From Balanoglossus misakiensis (lineage: Eukaryota; Animalia; Hemichordata), in contig CM082592.2 of the NCBI GenBank assembly GCA_040954595.2, positions 9,411,677 through 9,475,676 on the forward strand: a stretch of 64,000 nucleotides of DNA, in the 5' to 3' direction. The notes beneath the pieces are model-generated. The model did not search any database, was not told the origin of the DNA, and saw only the letters and a list, made by a program, of their open reading frames with translations. Within the stretch, counting starts at the first letter, position 1. Each line of letters begins with the position of its first letter. Position numbers and translations under genes: made by a program. Positions 1 through 12,386 of this stretch are shown piece by piece.

Positions 1-212
1 TCTATGAACATAGTTATCTGAAATCAAGTTTACAAACAGTGCTGAATTAAACATGATGGGGTAAGGGAGAATATACACCTGTGGTGTCATGACACTATGG
101 CCACAGAGGGCGAACTGCATGAGCAGTCCACCATATTGGCAAAGAGGGCACACTCAACCTGGTTACAGATTTGTTCTCATGCATGTTTGTTTCAGAAATG
201 TATCTATTTTAC

Positions 213-2790
213 CTCCAGCGTAGTCCCACACTCTGTTGTTTCCGAGCTGCATGGCGTACGTGTGTTGTGTTTCTTCAAAGTGCTGATACGCATGGGCTGA
301 CATGTAACGCCCACATCCAATGTGACCACATATTAAACATATCCATAGACTCTGAAAAAGAACATGATATTCAGAAAAAGACAAGACAGTTTAGAGGTTT
401 CACAATTGTGACATGAATGCGTGAGTGATATATCTCAGGGGATGCTGTGACCAGAAAAGTTGTCAGTTCATATATTTTTTGAAATCGTAAGATTTGATCG
501 AAATTTCTCTCACCTCCTGTGCTCCGCATATCATACACTTATTATCTGCTACCTGTTCTGGGGCTTGTGAGTAACGACACACTGGACAACTGATCAAACA
601 AACAAACAACACAAAAACTATCAGATGTGTAATTGATTAGAAAGACATCCTTCCTGCATATGAGAAATATGCATTTGATCAGGTAAAATGTTGAAAGACA
701 TCAAAACATGCTTAAATGAGAAGAGACATTCCTTGTGGGGTCCCTACCTGGTGTCGCCCCATTTGTACAGACAGCTACTATGAAATGAATGATTGCAGAG
801 TATAGTAAGAATCCCATCCACAGATTCGTCCATCCTTTCCAGACACACCGGACAAGTTGGCAGCTCGGTCATTCCCGGAATTGGTAGAACTGCTGCCTAC
901 AGTTGCAACAGAACATGGCATTAGGCAGTTTGCAATTAATAGGCCTACTCTGGAATAAAATGTTGCAAACAGACTACTGCAGTGTTCTATGGAAAATAGG
1001 AATACACATAAGACTCTAGACTGTACATGTATGTTAATAACATTACCTCGGATTCCTTGACCGTCTCAACTCGTGCCACATATACACAATGACACAGCTC
1101 AGGTTCAATCGAATTAAACGGCTGTCCATTGTAGGTCTTGTAAAACTCATCTGCCAGTTTCTTGAAGGAGAAGCAGAAAAGAAATATGCCAGTGAATACC
1201 AGCACATGATACACACATTTCCTCTTGCCTAAAACTTTCGATATCACTTTAACGTATGACACTGGCATTTCTGCTGATGTGCAGATAGAATTTGACTTCA
1301 TACCTGTGCTTTGAACTTGATGAGAACCATGTACTGATTCGGAGTGGAGTCCCGGATGATCCTCAACATCTGAATGTTGGGACTGACCGGAGCCGTAAAT
1401 TGCACTAAATCGTGGATAGTCATGGCCGCTGGCACACCCAGCAACACGATCATCTCACTCCGGGCAGTGTCGTCATCGAGAGACGTCATGAATCTGAAGA
1501 GGCAACAGAACAAACATGTCACTAAACTCACTAGTTACCTTGACCTTGTAATTACAGTGCAACCTGTCTGGATTGAACCCTGCCTAATCTGGAAACTTGT
1601 CTATACCGAACACATTTTCCAGATTTGGCCTTTTTGATTGACATCTCGTAAAGAGTTGAGTCTTACGTTTCTTTATACAGGTGAAGTATTCCCTTTGTAA
1701 TTTCAACGCTAGGGTTTCCGGAGAAGAAATGCACTTGGCTTGGAGCCCTTGCCACTGGGCTGTGACTGATCCTTCCACTGCTGCTGTTGGCAGACCTGTT
1801 GCCATGGCCACCCTTGCTTGTTCCCGGCTCTGTGGCAGCACTCGATTGGCAGTTTTGGGGCGGGCAGGTCACTTTGAAGCTGGCTTTCTTCTTCTCCCCG
1901 GACGAGGCAGCAACTTCAGAATATGTCGGGAGTTTTGGTTTATCAGTGACATTCTTCTTGGGTTTTGCATTAACCTGGCACACAAGAGTTTCGCCATCTG
2001 TTTTATGGCCGTGGTCCTCGACATCATTGTCGCTAGATTTCTGACTCCCTTCGTCTGCAGGAGGCTGTTTGTCGCTTTCCTCGTCCTGATCCGAAGGACA
2101 GTCTTCGGCAGTTGTGTCTTCCTCTGAAGAAATTAGGAAACAAATCTTGAGCTTCACGTTCATGAAGAAAAATGAAAATCTCAACAGCAATGTCTGGGAC
2201 TTTCTGTGCAAGTTTGAACATGTTACATCATGGATACCTCCATGCAAATAAACAGTGGGCTCACAAGCCTAATTTTTCATTCACCTTGGTATTCTACCGT
2301 TTCTATGGTAATCTCTTCCATCTGCCTCTTCCCTCTGTGCATCTGGATAACATCAGGAGAGACAGCTTTCTTTTCCAGCAGTCGAGATCCTCCCTCGGCT
2401 GCAGCTGGCTCACTGTCATTGCCTTTGGTGTTGTTATTCGGACTTCCGTTGTCTTCTGTGCTGCCTTGAAGATCTGACATTCTGCTCTGTGCTAATATGC
2501 CAACAGTAAGAAAGATCAACATATTTCAAGAGTAAGATTGAGGAACAATTTGCATACCCTCTGGCATACTGCATCGTGTTGACTGTGGTGTTGTCCCTGA
2601 TATATTAATCACCCTTGTTCCCTCTTTAGAGGTCTGACTTTGCCATAGACAACAATGGATCTGGACTGAACCTTAGGGGAGAAAGGGATAAAAAAAAAAT
2701 TCAAAGCGTCTTACCTGTAAAATGGAGAAACGGCAACGCAGGGAAATCCTCGGCAATTTCAATACGTAAAGCAACTAAAGAAACAGACAT
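213..2790 (-). CDS. BRAP: BRCA1-associated protein (BRAP2/IMP), RING + ZnF-UBP E3 ligase; partial, continues beyond window start
   Basis: Phase-consistent GT-AG exons 2790-2715, 2491-2285, 2123-1667, 1493-1304, 1160-1047, 896-748, 589-514, 351-213. N-terminus [14 protein letters not shown], motifs [19 protein letters not shown] and [49 protein letters not shown]...CPVCRY, and Zn[19 protein letters not shown]...[13 protein letters not shown] all match BRAP. Confidence 0.96.
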
Positions 2791-3376
2791 ATGGCAAAAT
2801 TAAAAGTCATAAGCTCATTAAAAACAAAACTTAAAAAACAAACATCGATCTGTTGAAGTTAAAGAACCATTCAGTAGTTAAAATGTGAAGAATCATGAAC
2901 GTTCGTTCGCCATCTTGCTAAAAAGTCGAAACCAACAACCCGGAAGTAAATATAATATGGAGAAAGGTCAAAGGTCGTCACACTCGCACTCAGGAAGAGT
3001 TGCACTGGTACATGGTGATCTGCACTAAGTACTTCTACATGGTTATAGTTTAACGCATGGTAAGATATTTTGAGTAAATGATATACTGCATTCTGGGACA
3101 ACGGACCGACTTTGTATTATTTGTAATTTAAAACGAATCAGCCTTATAAGCGTATACGGGCAGGCCAGGTTCCCATTGACAGTATCAGTACCACTGCCTT
3201 CGACCTCCATGCTTCGACCTATTTTGACATCACCATGCATGCATGTACTTACCATGAAGTCGTGCACTTCCTTTTGCAAGATACATTATGATAATACATC
3301 ACTTTCTAAATTCCGTTTTCGTTACCAGTTACACGAAAAGTCGATCCACGCACCGACTGACTGAGGCGCAACCAGG
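2791..3376. promoter_or_regulatory. Probable bidirectional promoter between BRAP and QPRT
   Basis: Head-to-head ATGs only 586 bp apart. YY1-like CGCCATCTT at 2908-2916 and ETS/GABP-like CCGGAAGT at 2940-2947. Confidence 0.55.
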
Positions 3377-4643
3377 ATGAGTTGTAATCGGTTGTACAAG
3401 GTGGAACTGTCCCATCTGATTCATCCAGTCAACGTACAGTCGATGGTTCGCGCCTGGCTGGCTGAAGATACCCCATCGTTTGATTACGGCGGGTTTGTCG
3501 TGGGGGAACGCCAAGAATGCGCCGTGTTGTTATGTAAATCGCCCGGCGTCTTGGCAGGTGTGCCCTTCGTGAACGCGATCTTCAAGGAACTCGACTGCCA
3601 GGTGGAGTGGTTGGTGGACGAGGGCACGGCCTTGGAAGCGGTGTGCGAGGTGGCGGTTGTCAAGGGCAAAGTCAGGAACTTGTTGCTAGGGGAGAGAGTC
3701 GCCCTCAACTGCATCACCCGCGCCAGTGGAATCGCCACTTATGCCAGGCAGCTGAGTGAGTTGGCCAAGTCGGTTGGATGGCACGGGGAAGTGGCGGGGA
3801 CCAGGAAGACGACACCAGGATTCCGACTTGTGGAAAAATATTCCTTGCTGGTTGGAGGAATGTCCACTCACCGCTATGATCTGTCTTCGATGATCATGTT
3901 AAAAGACAACCATATATGGACAGCTGGTAATATAACACAGGTGTGTGTAAAATTGCGTGCAAATACTTCAAATCAATGGATTTTTATTCCCAAGCTTATT
4001 CGTCAGCATTTGAACAAAATCTTAAAACGGTCAGAAATTGTATTTCACCATTCATGGTTACATCTTGATGAAGACAAGTTTCTCTACTGTTGAACTTTTT
4101 TTTCTTTCACAGGCCGTTTACGATGCCAAAAAAGTTGGCGGTTTTTCAACCAAGATCGAAGTGGAGTGCAGAAGCGTTGCCGAGGCAACAGAGGCTGCTG
4201 CTGCAGGTGGTGACATCATCATGTTGGACAATTTTGAACCACAGGTAATGAGAAATCACTTCCGTTTGTGAACCCGTGATCATGTGTGACCCAAGTGATG
4301 ACGATTTGCTTCATCATTGTGACATAGTGATATTTCTTAGATATATTAATGATAACATCTATCTTCTTCTGGTAAATATTTGTCTATTTTCACATGACAG
4401 GCTGTTCACGAGGCTGCCAGACAACTCAAGGAGAAGTTTCCCCACGTGGTAATCGAAGCGAGCGGGGGAATCACCGAGGACACCTTGGCCAACTACCTCG
4501 GCCCGAGAATCGACGTAGTGTCTCTGAGCAGGGCCACCCAGGGATACCAGACTGTGGATTTCTCTTTGAAAATCAAGAAAGAAGGGCGCAATCCGCACAA
4601 CCCTAAGGTGTCCAGTACAGTTACCATGGTTACAGAGAATTAA
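3377..4643 (+). CDS. QPRT: Quinolinate phosphoribosyltransferase (nicotinate-nucleotide pyrophosphorylase, carboxylating)
   Basis: Exons 3377-3940, 4113-4244, 4401-4643. Motifs [65 protein letters not shown] at 4708-4713. Confidence 0.97.
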
Positions 4644-4823
4644 ATCTGATGTGGTGTTTATTTCTTCTAGAATCATATGTAAATCGATTATGTTATTCGT
4701 GGAAATTAATAAAGGTCAATGGTTCCTTGAGTAAACTAACGATGCAACTCTTACCATTTCTATCTGTGCAGGGCGCAGTCCGCAATGCATGGGGGATGAT
4801 ATTTATCTAAGCTTTATTAAATT

Positions 4824-7191
4824 TCATTTCTTAGTACCTGTAATGACAACACTGAAATCATACTCGACGTCTTTGCATTCATTCAAGTTGACCACTCTGT
4901 TCTGCTGGCGACATTTCACGTCTGTGAACCCGGCCTCTTCGACGGCAGACTTGATAAATTCCACGCCGACGTTGTTGGCTGCGAACTGCTTGCCCCCGAC
5001 AGAGTAGAACTTGGCCGGTTCGCATATCTGCACCAGGACACCCCCGGGTCTAAGGTATCCCGAGATGCTCCTGACGGCTCGCTTCCAGTGCTCTTCCGTG
5101 AAGCACGCAGCCTCCAGCGTGAGACACGTCAACAGGCAGTCGAACTGCGGGTAGCTGTGCGGCTCTATCGGGTCGGCCTTGTTCAGGTCGCAGGGGATGA
5201 CGTCTTTGATTGTACTGCGCAGCCGCTTCTCACGAGTGTCTACATCACTGCGAAATACACAGAAATGAGTCAAGTTTTCAACAGCAATCGATGGAATGTT
5301 GTAGTTTTGGTGGCTGGAACGCAATAACTGCTTTCACTCTTTTTCTAGCCCCTTGTGTCTGGTTATATTCTTTTCAGCCGAAAATCAAAACTCACTTCAC
5401 ATCGATCAATGTCACGCCGTTCCCGGTTTTAACGACAAAGCAAATAGTAAACGACTATAAACGGCCGGGAAAATAACCGCGTTCCATCATGTTCAGCAAG
5501 TTATGACAACGACTCAGTCCCCATAAAACCGAATGATCACAAGTACCGAATAAATCAAATCAAATCAAAATCAAATACGTAAGAATCAACAGGTGGTTTC
5601 CAGAGCCGCAGCGACCAGCGATTTTGATTATTATTATTTGATTAGATTGTGGCACAAAAATACAGAAGATACAACCAGAAAACTCAAATAAAGATGTGCA
5701 AGTACGATATAAGACTGGTATCTGACTGACCTGTGACCTTCCAGTTGACACACGTACTGAATTATGGGCTTCCAGTCGAAGGCCCCTTTGTCGTCGTTCA
5801 GCCATCGTTTAATCGCGTTCCTGTTGTCCTCCACGTATTCACAGCAGACGATTTCACTGAATCGGGTGCAGGCAGAGATGAGGTGGTGGATGCAAGGGCC
5901 GCTGCCAATGTCAATCAGGCGATCTCCAGACACGTCACCTGCGACGTGGAATTGAAAGTCAATGTTCCAAAGTTCAGCAATGTCACATTCATTTTGGCCA
6001 GTTGCAAAGACAAACACATAAGAAGACACCACAGCACAGACGATCAATGAAGTCAGGCCCGTGAAAGAAGGAGCCTATGGATCTCTGGCAAAAAGACCAA
6101 GAAGTGATGTCTGTCGAATTTTCCAAAAGGTGAATGTAAAATCGACAGTCTACTGCAGGTTTTGCGAAAAGAAACGTTGCCGGCCAAACGTGATTTTTTT
6201 TAAATCTCTGCACTACAAATTGAAGAAAATAACCTGATTTCAGGGAGGCCAAAAAATAGCGGCGATCGCCAACTTTGATTGGCGTTAATTGGTTTCAGTG
6301 ATCTCTCGGGATGCCGCCAACGGCGTCACTTGTTTACGTTGACATTGACTTTAACGTTCCCTGCTCGATTTTATTGCAAAATAAATCAAACGAAAACGAA
6401 TGAGAATGATTACTTAGGAGACAAACAATCACTAACCGAAGCTACATGGTCACCTCTGCACAAAACAAATCCATAAACTGTGGTTGACATATTGACTGTG
6501 TAGAAATTAGTTCAGAATCTATCAATGTTTTCGGGGCTCTGTATTTCTATGGTCGCAAAATTGCAGGTTACATTTCCTTCAGCCCCTCCCCCATATAAAA
6601 TGACTGGGCCCTTACATGACCGTCAATGGATAATTGTGCGGTTCTGCAACTGGCTTATTATGAATACTCAGTCTGATTACAAGCGACCCAGCTTTTGAAA
6701 ATTTCTTTTTTGTCCGTGAACAATGCATACAGCTGAAGCTGTTTGGACAATTGTCAATACGCTCAGAACTAGCACACGAAAAAAAATCATCACAGTATTT
6801 AGTAATATGGTTAGGTTTTTGACGCATTGGCCGTAGCATGGACGTAGCACAGAGACACGCCCATATTGTCGTAGTGTTTTGTGCGAGGTGTTCAGCAGGT
6901 AGCAAGCCAACTGAACATAATGTAAACACTCTCTCAACTTGTCATGGTGGTAAAATGGCTATCATACTGCATGCATAGACACTATCGGGGCTGCCTATAA
7001 CATTTCGCACAAACGTACGCTTCCTCACCTTGCGTGAATATTTCGTGTAGACTCTGCAACCAGAACGGCAAGAGACCTTCCTCGTCCGCTTTGCCCTCGG
7101 GACTGGAGTAGTAATCTCGGAGGTAGGCGTCGGCATCAAAATTACCGTGGTACTCGTTCCCACGCAATCCATCTGAAGCCTGTGTGTCCAT
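4824..7191 (-). CDS. NNMT/INMT(TEMT)/PNMT-family SAM-dependent small-molecule methyltransferase, 264 aa
   Basis: Exons 7191-7029, 5938-5731, 5247-4824 (795 nt). Motifs FDADAYLRDYY, LIDIGSGP, FDWKPIIQYVCQLEG, VIPCDL, DCLLTCLTLEAAC, LRPGGVL. The three-exon layout resembles vertebrate NNMT/INMT/PNMT. Confidence 0.93.
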
Positions 7192-7979
7192 CGCGAGTGT
7201 GGTTCAGCCTCTATAGTGTGGTCGAGTGGTATTTCACTATGTTTCCAACGAAGGTTGGGGTTTAACTGATGACCTCAGCTGCAAAGAGCACATACAGGTC
7301 CGGCGGCAGGGATGACCTGTTAGGGTATGACCTTGGCTATTGTCACAGACCTGTTTATCGAGGATCAGTGTTTATAATACAGACTATCACATGTTTACAT
7401 TATGGACAGCGCCAGACACGAAACCAGGCTGACCGCACAGGCCTTTAACTTACTAGTTGCGTAACGCTCCGACTGCTGAAACATCTGACGAACTATATTA
7501 CATGTATAGACTTTTTTTGCCCGACGGCGAGGTAAAACAGTTCCGGTATCGGATCTCTACCAGTAAAATTTCACGCGTGCGCGTTTGTCTCCCTTCTTAC
7601 GAAGTTACGTAATTAATTGTCAAACACACGGCGATCGCCCACATAACTGTATAGAAGATAGGGACTGATCAGTATCTCTGGCCGGGGGGGGGTGTCGGAG
7701 AATTGGTTGGGGGAGGGGGTCACCCTGTTTTGCAAATGTTTAAAGAAAGTCAGTTAAAATATTTTATTTTGTGTTGTTATTGCACAGTACATCAGAACAA
7801 TTTCTTGTCAAAAAATTGTCTAAAACAATGATTAAAACTGGATTTCAGAAAACGTGATTGGCTGTCACGGATTTTTAAATGAAACTGGTGGATTGAAAGA
7901 AACAACATTTCAAAATACAACAAAAGATGTAACTTCGTGCATAAAATCATGTACAAATCTGTCACGTGGTGCCGCATCA

Positions 7980-10647
7980 TCAAACATTGGCAGGCCGAGG
8001 TCTTCTATCAGGCTTGACATCATCGAAGTATGAACTGGTGAAAATGAAGTAGCCCAGCCCGCCACCAAGGACCACAGTCACCAGAATCCAAACGTTGTAC
8101 GTCATCGCCAGCAGCATTATAATATATGCAAAAACTACTTGCAAGGAATACAAAACCGCCGATGCTGCATGATACTTTAACCTGTAACAGGATGTTAAAA
8201 GGAGATAATAAAGTTAGATAAATGCTTTTTCACTAGTTTCTTGTGTAATATGGTCCATTTTGGACAGAATAATATAACAAACTTTACCCTTTTGAATCCA
8301 TTGCGATATTGACTTCTTTGTACATTTTACAGGAGGTCTGTACTCTGGTCCTGGTCGCCGCTGTGCTGTAGTCTAACCATCTGGCATCGTCCATGTTCAT
8401 CGACAGATGCCTCTCAGCAAAGCCGCAAGGCTGGCCGTCATCATGACAACGAGTCACTTCATTTTGATGGTGTGACGCTTCTCGAACTTGATTTGCTCTT
8501 CCTGCGTCATCCGACCGATTGTCCCGGGGTTGACGCGCGACGTGGCGACGACAGCACGGGCAGCTCGGCGACCGGCTTGCTCCGGCTCGACAGCTGATGT
8601 TTTTTGTCGGTGTATCGCCAACCAGGCGACCGCATTTGAGCTGTTTGCAGCGGCGACACCGACTGTGCTTCGTTTGCAGGTCCAGCGCGGACAGCAACAG
8701 AAAGTCGTACCAAACCTCGCTGATGTCGCCGGAATTGCTCATTAAGGGGCACGATTCTCTGTCGGGATCTGAAATAGATTCTTCGATTTTCATTTCTTCA
8801 CTCTCTGGGGCAACAGTGGCTTCTCCGCCTTCGCTGTCATGGCGACGTCTTTCTCCACCGTTGCCATCACGTGATAAAGTATCGACAGACGCTGGCGTTT
8901 CCGGCTCGGCGGCAGAGTCAGCTGTCACCCGTGTCCGTTCTCCGCTCGCAGTGCCCGCCGGCTGTAATAATGTTAGTTCAATTCCATATTGGCCGTTTTC
9001 ACTCTGACCGTCTGTTCCACAGTCCGTCCCTGTCCGAGACCCACCATTCCCGTCGGAAAACTGGGCACGCGTAGAAACTTCTCTGTCGTTTTCCTCTACC
9101 TCGCGCAAGTTCGGCAGAATCAGATCGCTCGACAAGCGACGGCATCTACAGGAACACCTGGCCGCGGCGCCAGCAACGGTGCCGCCGTGAACCAGTCGCC
9201 TGGAAGATTTGCCCGAGCAGCAGGAGCTCGGGAAATACTCACTGTGACTGAAGTCCTGCTTCAACGGCATCGTTTTCGTTTCGGTGTGAAGACGCCAGGC
9301 GCCGCGACTTTTGGTCTTCCCGCGGCGACATTCGTGCCCTGTCCGCTGTCCTTGACTGCTGTCTCGCATCTGTGCCCCGAGTGCTCGTCGGGACACTTTC
9401 CTCAAAATGCACCTCACGGCTTCAAAGAGCGTTGCCAGCACGAAGGTAACCAGTAAGCACAGCACAAATTCTGAAACAGCCAACAGTAGAGAAACGGTTG
9501 AACTGTTATCAAAGGGACCAAAAGTCATCGCCTCAACTATATAACACAGAATGATAAATGTATGCAAATAGATGGCGACAGATAAAACTGACAGAGTTAT
9601 GGGTAGGAGGCAGACAGAAAGGCAGGTAGATGTACTGTGGTGGATAGACAGACAAACGGACAGACAGAGAGAGACAGAGAGAGACAGAGACAGAAAGAGA
9701 GAGAGACAGACAGACCATGAGAGAGAATTTTATAAAGCAGAGAACGAACAAACCCACAGGTCGTATGTTCCGGAAGGTCATTTCATTTTAACTAAATTGA
9801 CATTTAACGATCGATGCACTCAAAAATATTCAAGCCTGAAGTATTAAATATAGGCCTATGTATAAAACATATGTCTCGTAGATTCGACGGTTTATCTCCG
9901 TATGGCAAATATGTGGGGATGAATGGAGTAGGTGCCTACCTTTGGTCGTGACGAAATTCAAACCACGAAACAGGAGATCGTACAGCTGCTGATCAATACT
10001 GAAACATGTCTGTTGATTGGAAAATAAATGCTTCATTAGAAATGATGTACACGCACGGCGACATACCCATAAAGAAACGACGTGGGGAAAAAACTGCATG
10101 TGTACTTTTAAACTGTCCATATGATAGGAGTGAGACCGAGATATCATCAGGTAGGATGCGTGACCTGCTGTTCTGATTTTAGTACAGATCAGCGCTGTGT
10201 TATACAGCTTGGGACCATCTCTGGTGGTAAATTACGACAACCGTCACTGTTCGCACAAGAAATAAAGACGCAATGCCCCCCTCCCCCTCTATATCTAATC
10301 TAAAAACCGGCGAATATGCTATAACCCTGAACTTGTCAAAAGTTGTACAACAACATCAAAACGTGTGTTGGCCAAGGCACGTAGGCCACGGCCGTGCCCA
10401 AGGCAACGGTTTCTTCTTGAAGCACTTGCAAGTTCAACAGTATTATGTAAATGGCAGCGACTGGCACAGATATTTCATTATTTCCACGGCATGGGATAGT
10501 CCCGCCGCCGAGCAAAGCACGGCACGGCTCCGGCTTTTGTTCACCTGTTAATAATACAGGGATTGCATGACGTAAACGTGCGTGACAAACTCAACGAACC
10601 TGGTGACCGGCGACTGGTACCACATGTTGACCATGTGACCCCTCCAT
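7980..10647 (-). CDS. CTR/SLC31 copper-transporter-like protein A, ~500 aa, with a very large Cys/Arg-rich cytosolic loop
   Basis: Exons 10647-10600 (tentative, MEGSHGQHVVPVAGHQ), 10009-9940 (TCFSIDQQLYDLLFRGLNFVTTK), 9470-8288 (TM1 FVLCLLVTFVLATLFEAVR plus loop) and 8181-7980. The last exon reads LKYHAASAVLYSLQVVFAYIIMLLAMTYNVWILVTVVLGGGLGYFIF, containing the CTR MxxxM and GxxxG motifs. It is not in the ORF track. Confidence 0.85.
9610..9725. repeat. GA/GACA compound microsatellite in an intron of CTR paralogue A
   Basis: gacagacaaacggacagacagagagagacagagagagacagagacagaaagagagagagacagacagac. Confidence 0.85.
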
Positions 10648-12386
10648 CGCTGTTAGCGTTGAACCAGAGCGGCGTTCGAGCGGTGTGTGTCCTCACAGGA
10701 AAGGAACCTGTCCCCACTGTATAATAAAGTAACAAAACAATCAAAATCCGCTTAAATCAGATCGCTTTAGGAAGGAATGTTTTGCCGGTGTAGCGCCCAC
10801 CGCGGTGACGCGACCACAGGGCCGATCATCTGGTTTGAGCAAATCACGTGGTTTTGTAATTACCATATAACTGGACTATCTATTAACAGTTGATCGGGTA
10901 CGCCCATACTGACCTTTGGACTTGGTGACGTATGAATCGCTCTCTTCTTATAAAACACCTAAACATTGATTTGTGAACTCTCAACATGGTTGCTCAGTTT
11001 ATTTAAATTTCCATGTACGAAAGTGAAAGTTTGATCTGCCATAAGCTTATATGAAACCAGTTCTGTTTGACGTTCTCTTATCCAAGACAAGGATTCATTG
11101 CGTCATCATAACGCCACAGTCATGACACCCAAGGGAGAAGTTCTTCCATATGCTATTAAACAGCAGGGACGAGTAAGGGATGGACCATTTGAAATTCGAC
11201 TGGGCGGTTCTGGAAGATCTCAGATAAACAGATTCCGTGGGGACGCCCTGTAATTAAATCCCCTGGCCTATGGCAATATTATTCAGTTGTTTGAAACCTT
11301 CATGCACCAGGCTCTCAAAACTTGTGACCATCTCGCCAACTTCGCTGTAATCCGCGAAGCAATCAAACAACAGGTGGCATGGACGAATCATGAGTCCACG
11401 AAGTAGCTCGAAATACAAAAAATGTATCTCAAATCTGTTATGGCTTTAGCTTTCTATGGAAAGTCGGATATTCTGTGCTACCCACCTTGAGAAAGGACAC
11501 CGACGGACCAAAATCCCAGCTGCCTTCCTTGCAGCTGTTGCGACGCCAGTGAGTTGTCTTGGTCTCAAATGGTCGAAATTTTATTCAGCTATGATAATCA
11601 AATTACAGTTTTCCCTTTCTACTATGCTTAATAAGCTGAATTACATACATATTTCGATACATTTCCTGATATCTAGAAATTTCTACTGGTAGTGAACTGC
11701 GCATAGCCAGACGCGCTGCCGGTAATTATGCAAATATCGCCCGTATAAATGGCAGAGTGTATCTCTCGATAGAAACTAGCGAGTGTATTCATGAACACGC
11801 GCCCGTTTAGGATTAATCGAATACAGGAAGTGTTATCTGAAATTCATATTTACAGGCCTGCATACGTGCAAGCCTTACAAAAGATGCAAAAAAAATTATA
11901 CTGAAAATTGTTTACTAAAGGTTCACCAAGCTTATATTTCTGTCAAGAGTGAGTTATAATGCAGAACGGACAAAAATTGAAATTTAAAAATTTGAATTGC
12001 AAACGCCGTGAGATGAAAATGTACATGTAATATTAATTAAGGCAATATGTAACTTTAAAAAAAAATACTTGTTAAATAACAGAGATATGCGGGTGATGAA
12101 TACAAATGATCGAATTTGAGATCAGCATTCACCACCGGAGGGCGTACTGTATTAGCCAATACAAACAACACACGGACACAGACAATTTTAGAAATGTCCT
12201 GCACTAAATATACAGATGAGAAATACTCAATGCAAACATTTCCACCGGAACAGAACAAACGTGGGTGAACCCGGGGTTAGAAGAAGGTTAGAATACAGAC
12301 CAGTTCATAATTGGTTTTCTGGGATCACTCGATGCGGAAGCAGTCATTCTTACCAAGGAAATTATCACACTGCACTTAGTTTCCTG

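Noticed and set aside
8284-9567. 427-aa stand-alone orphan ORF
   Set aside because: It is the large internal exon (9470-8288) of CTR paralogue A, read through from intron sequence.
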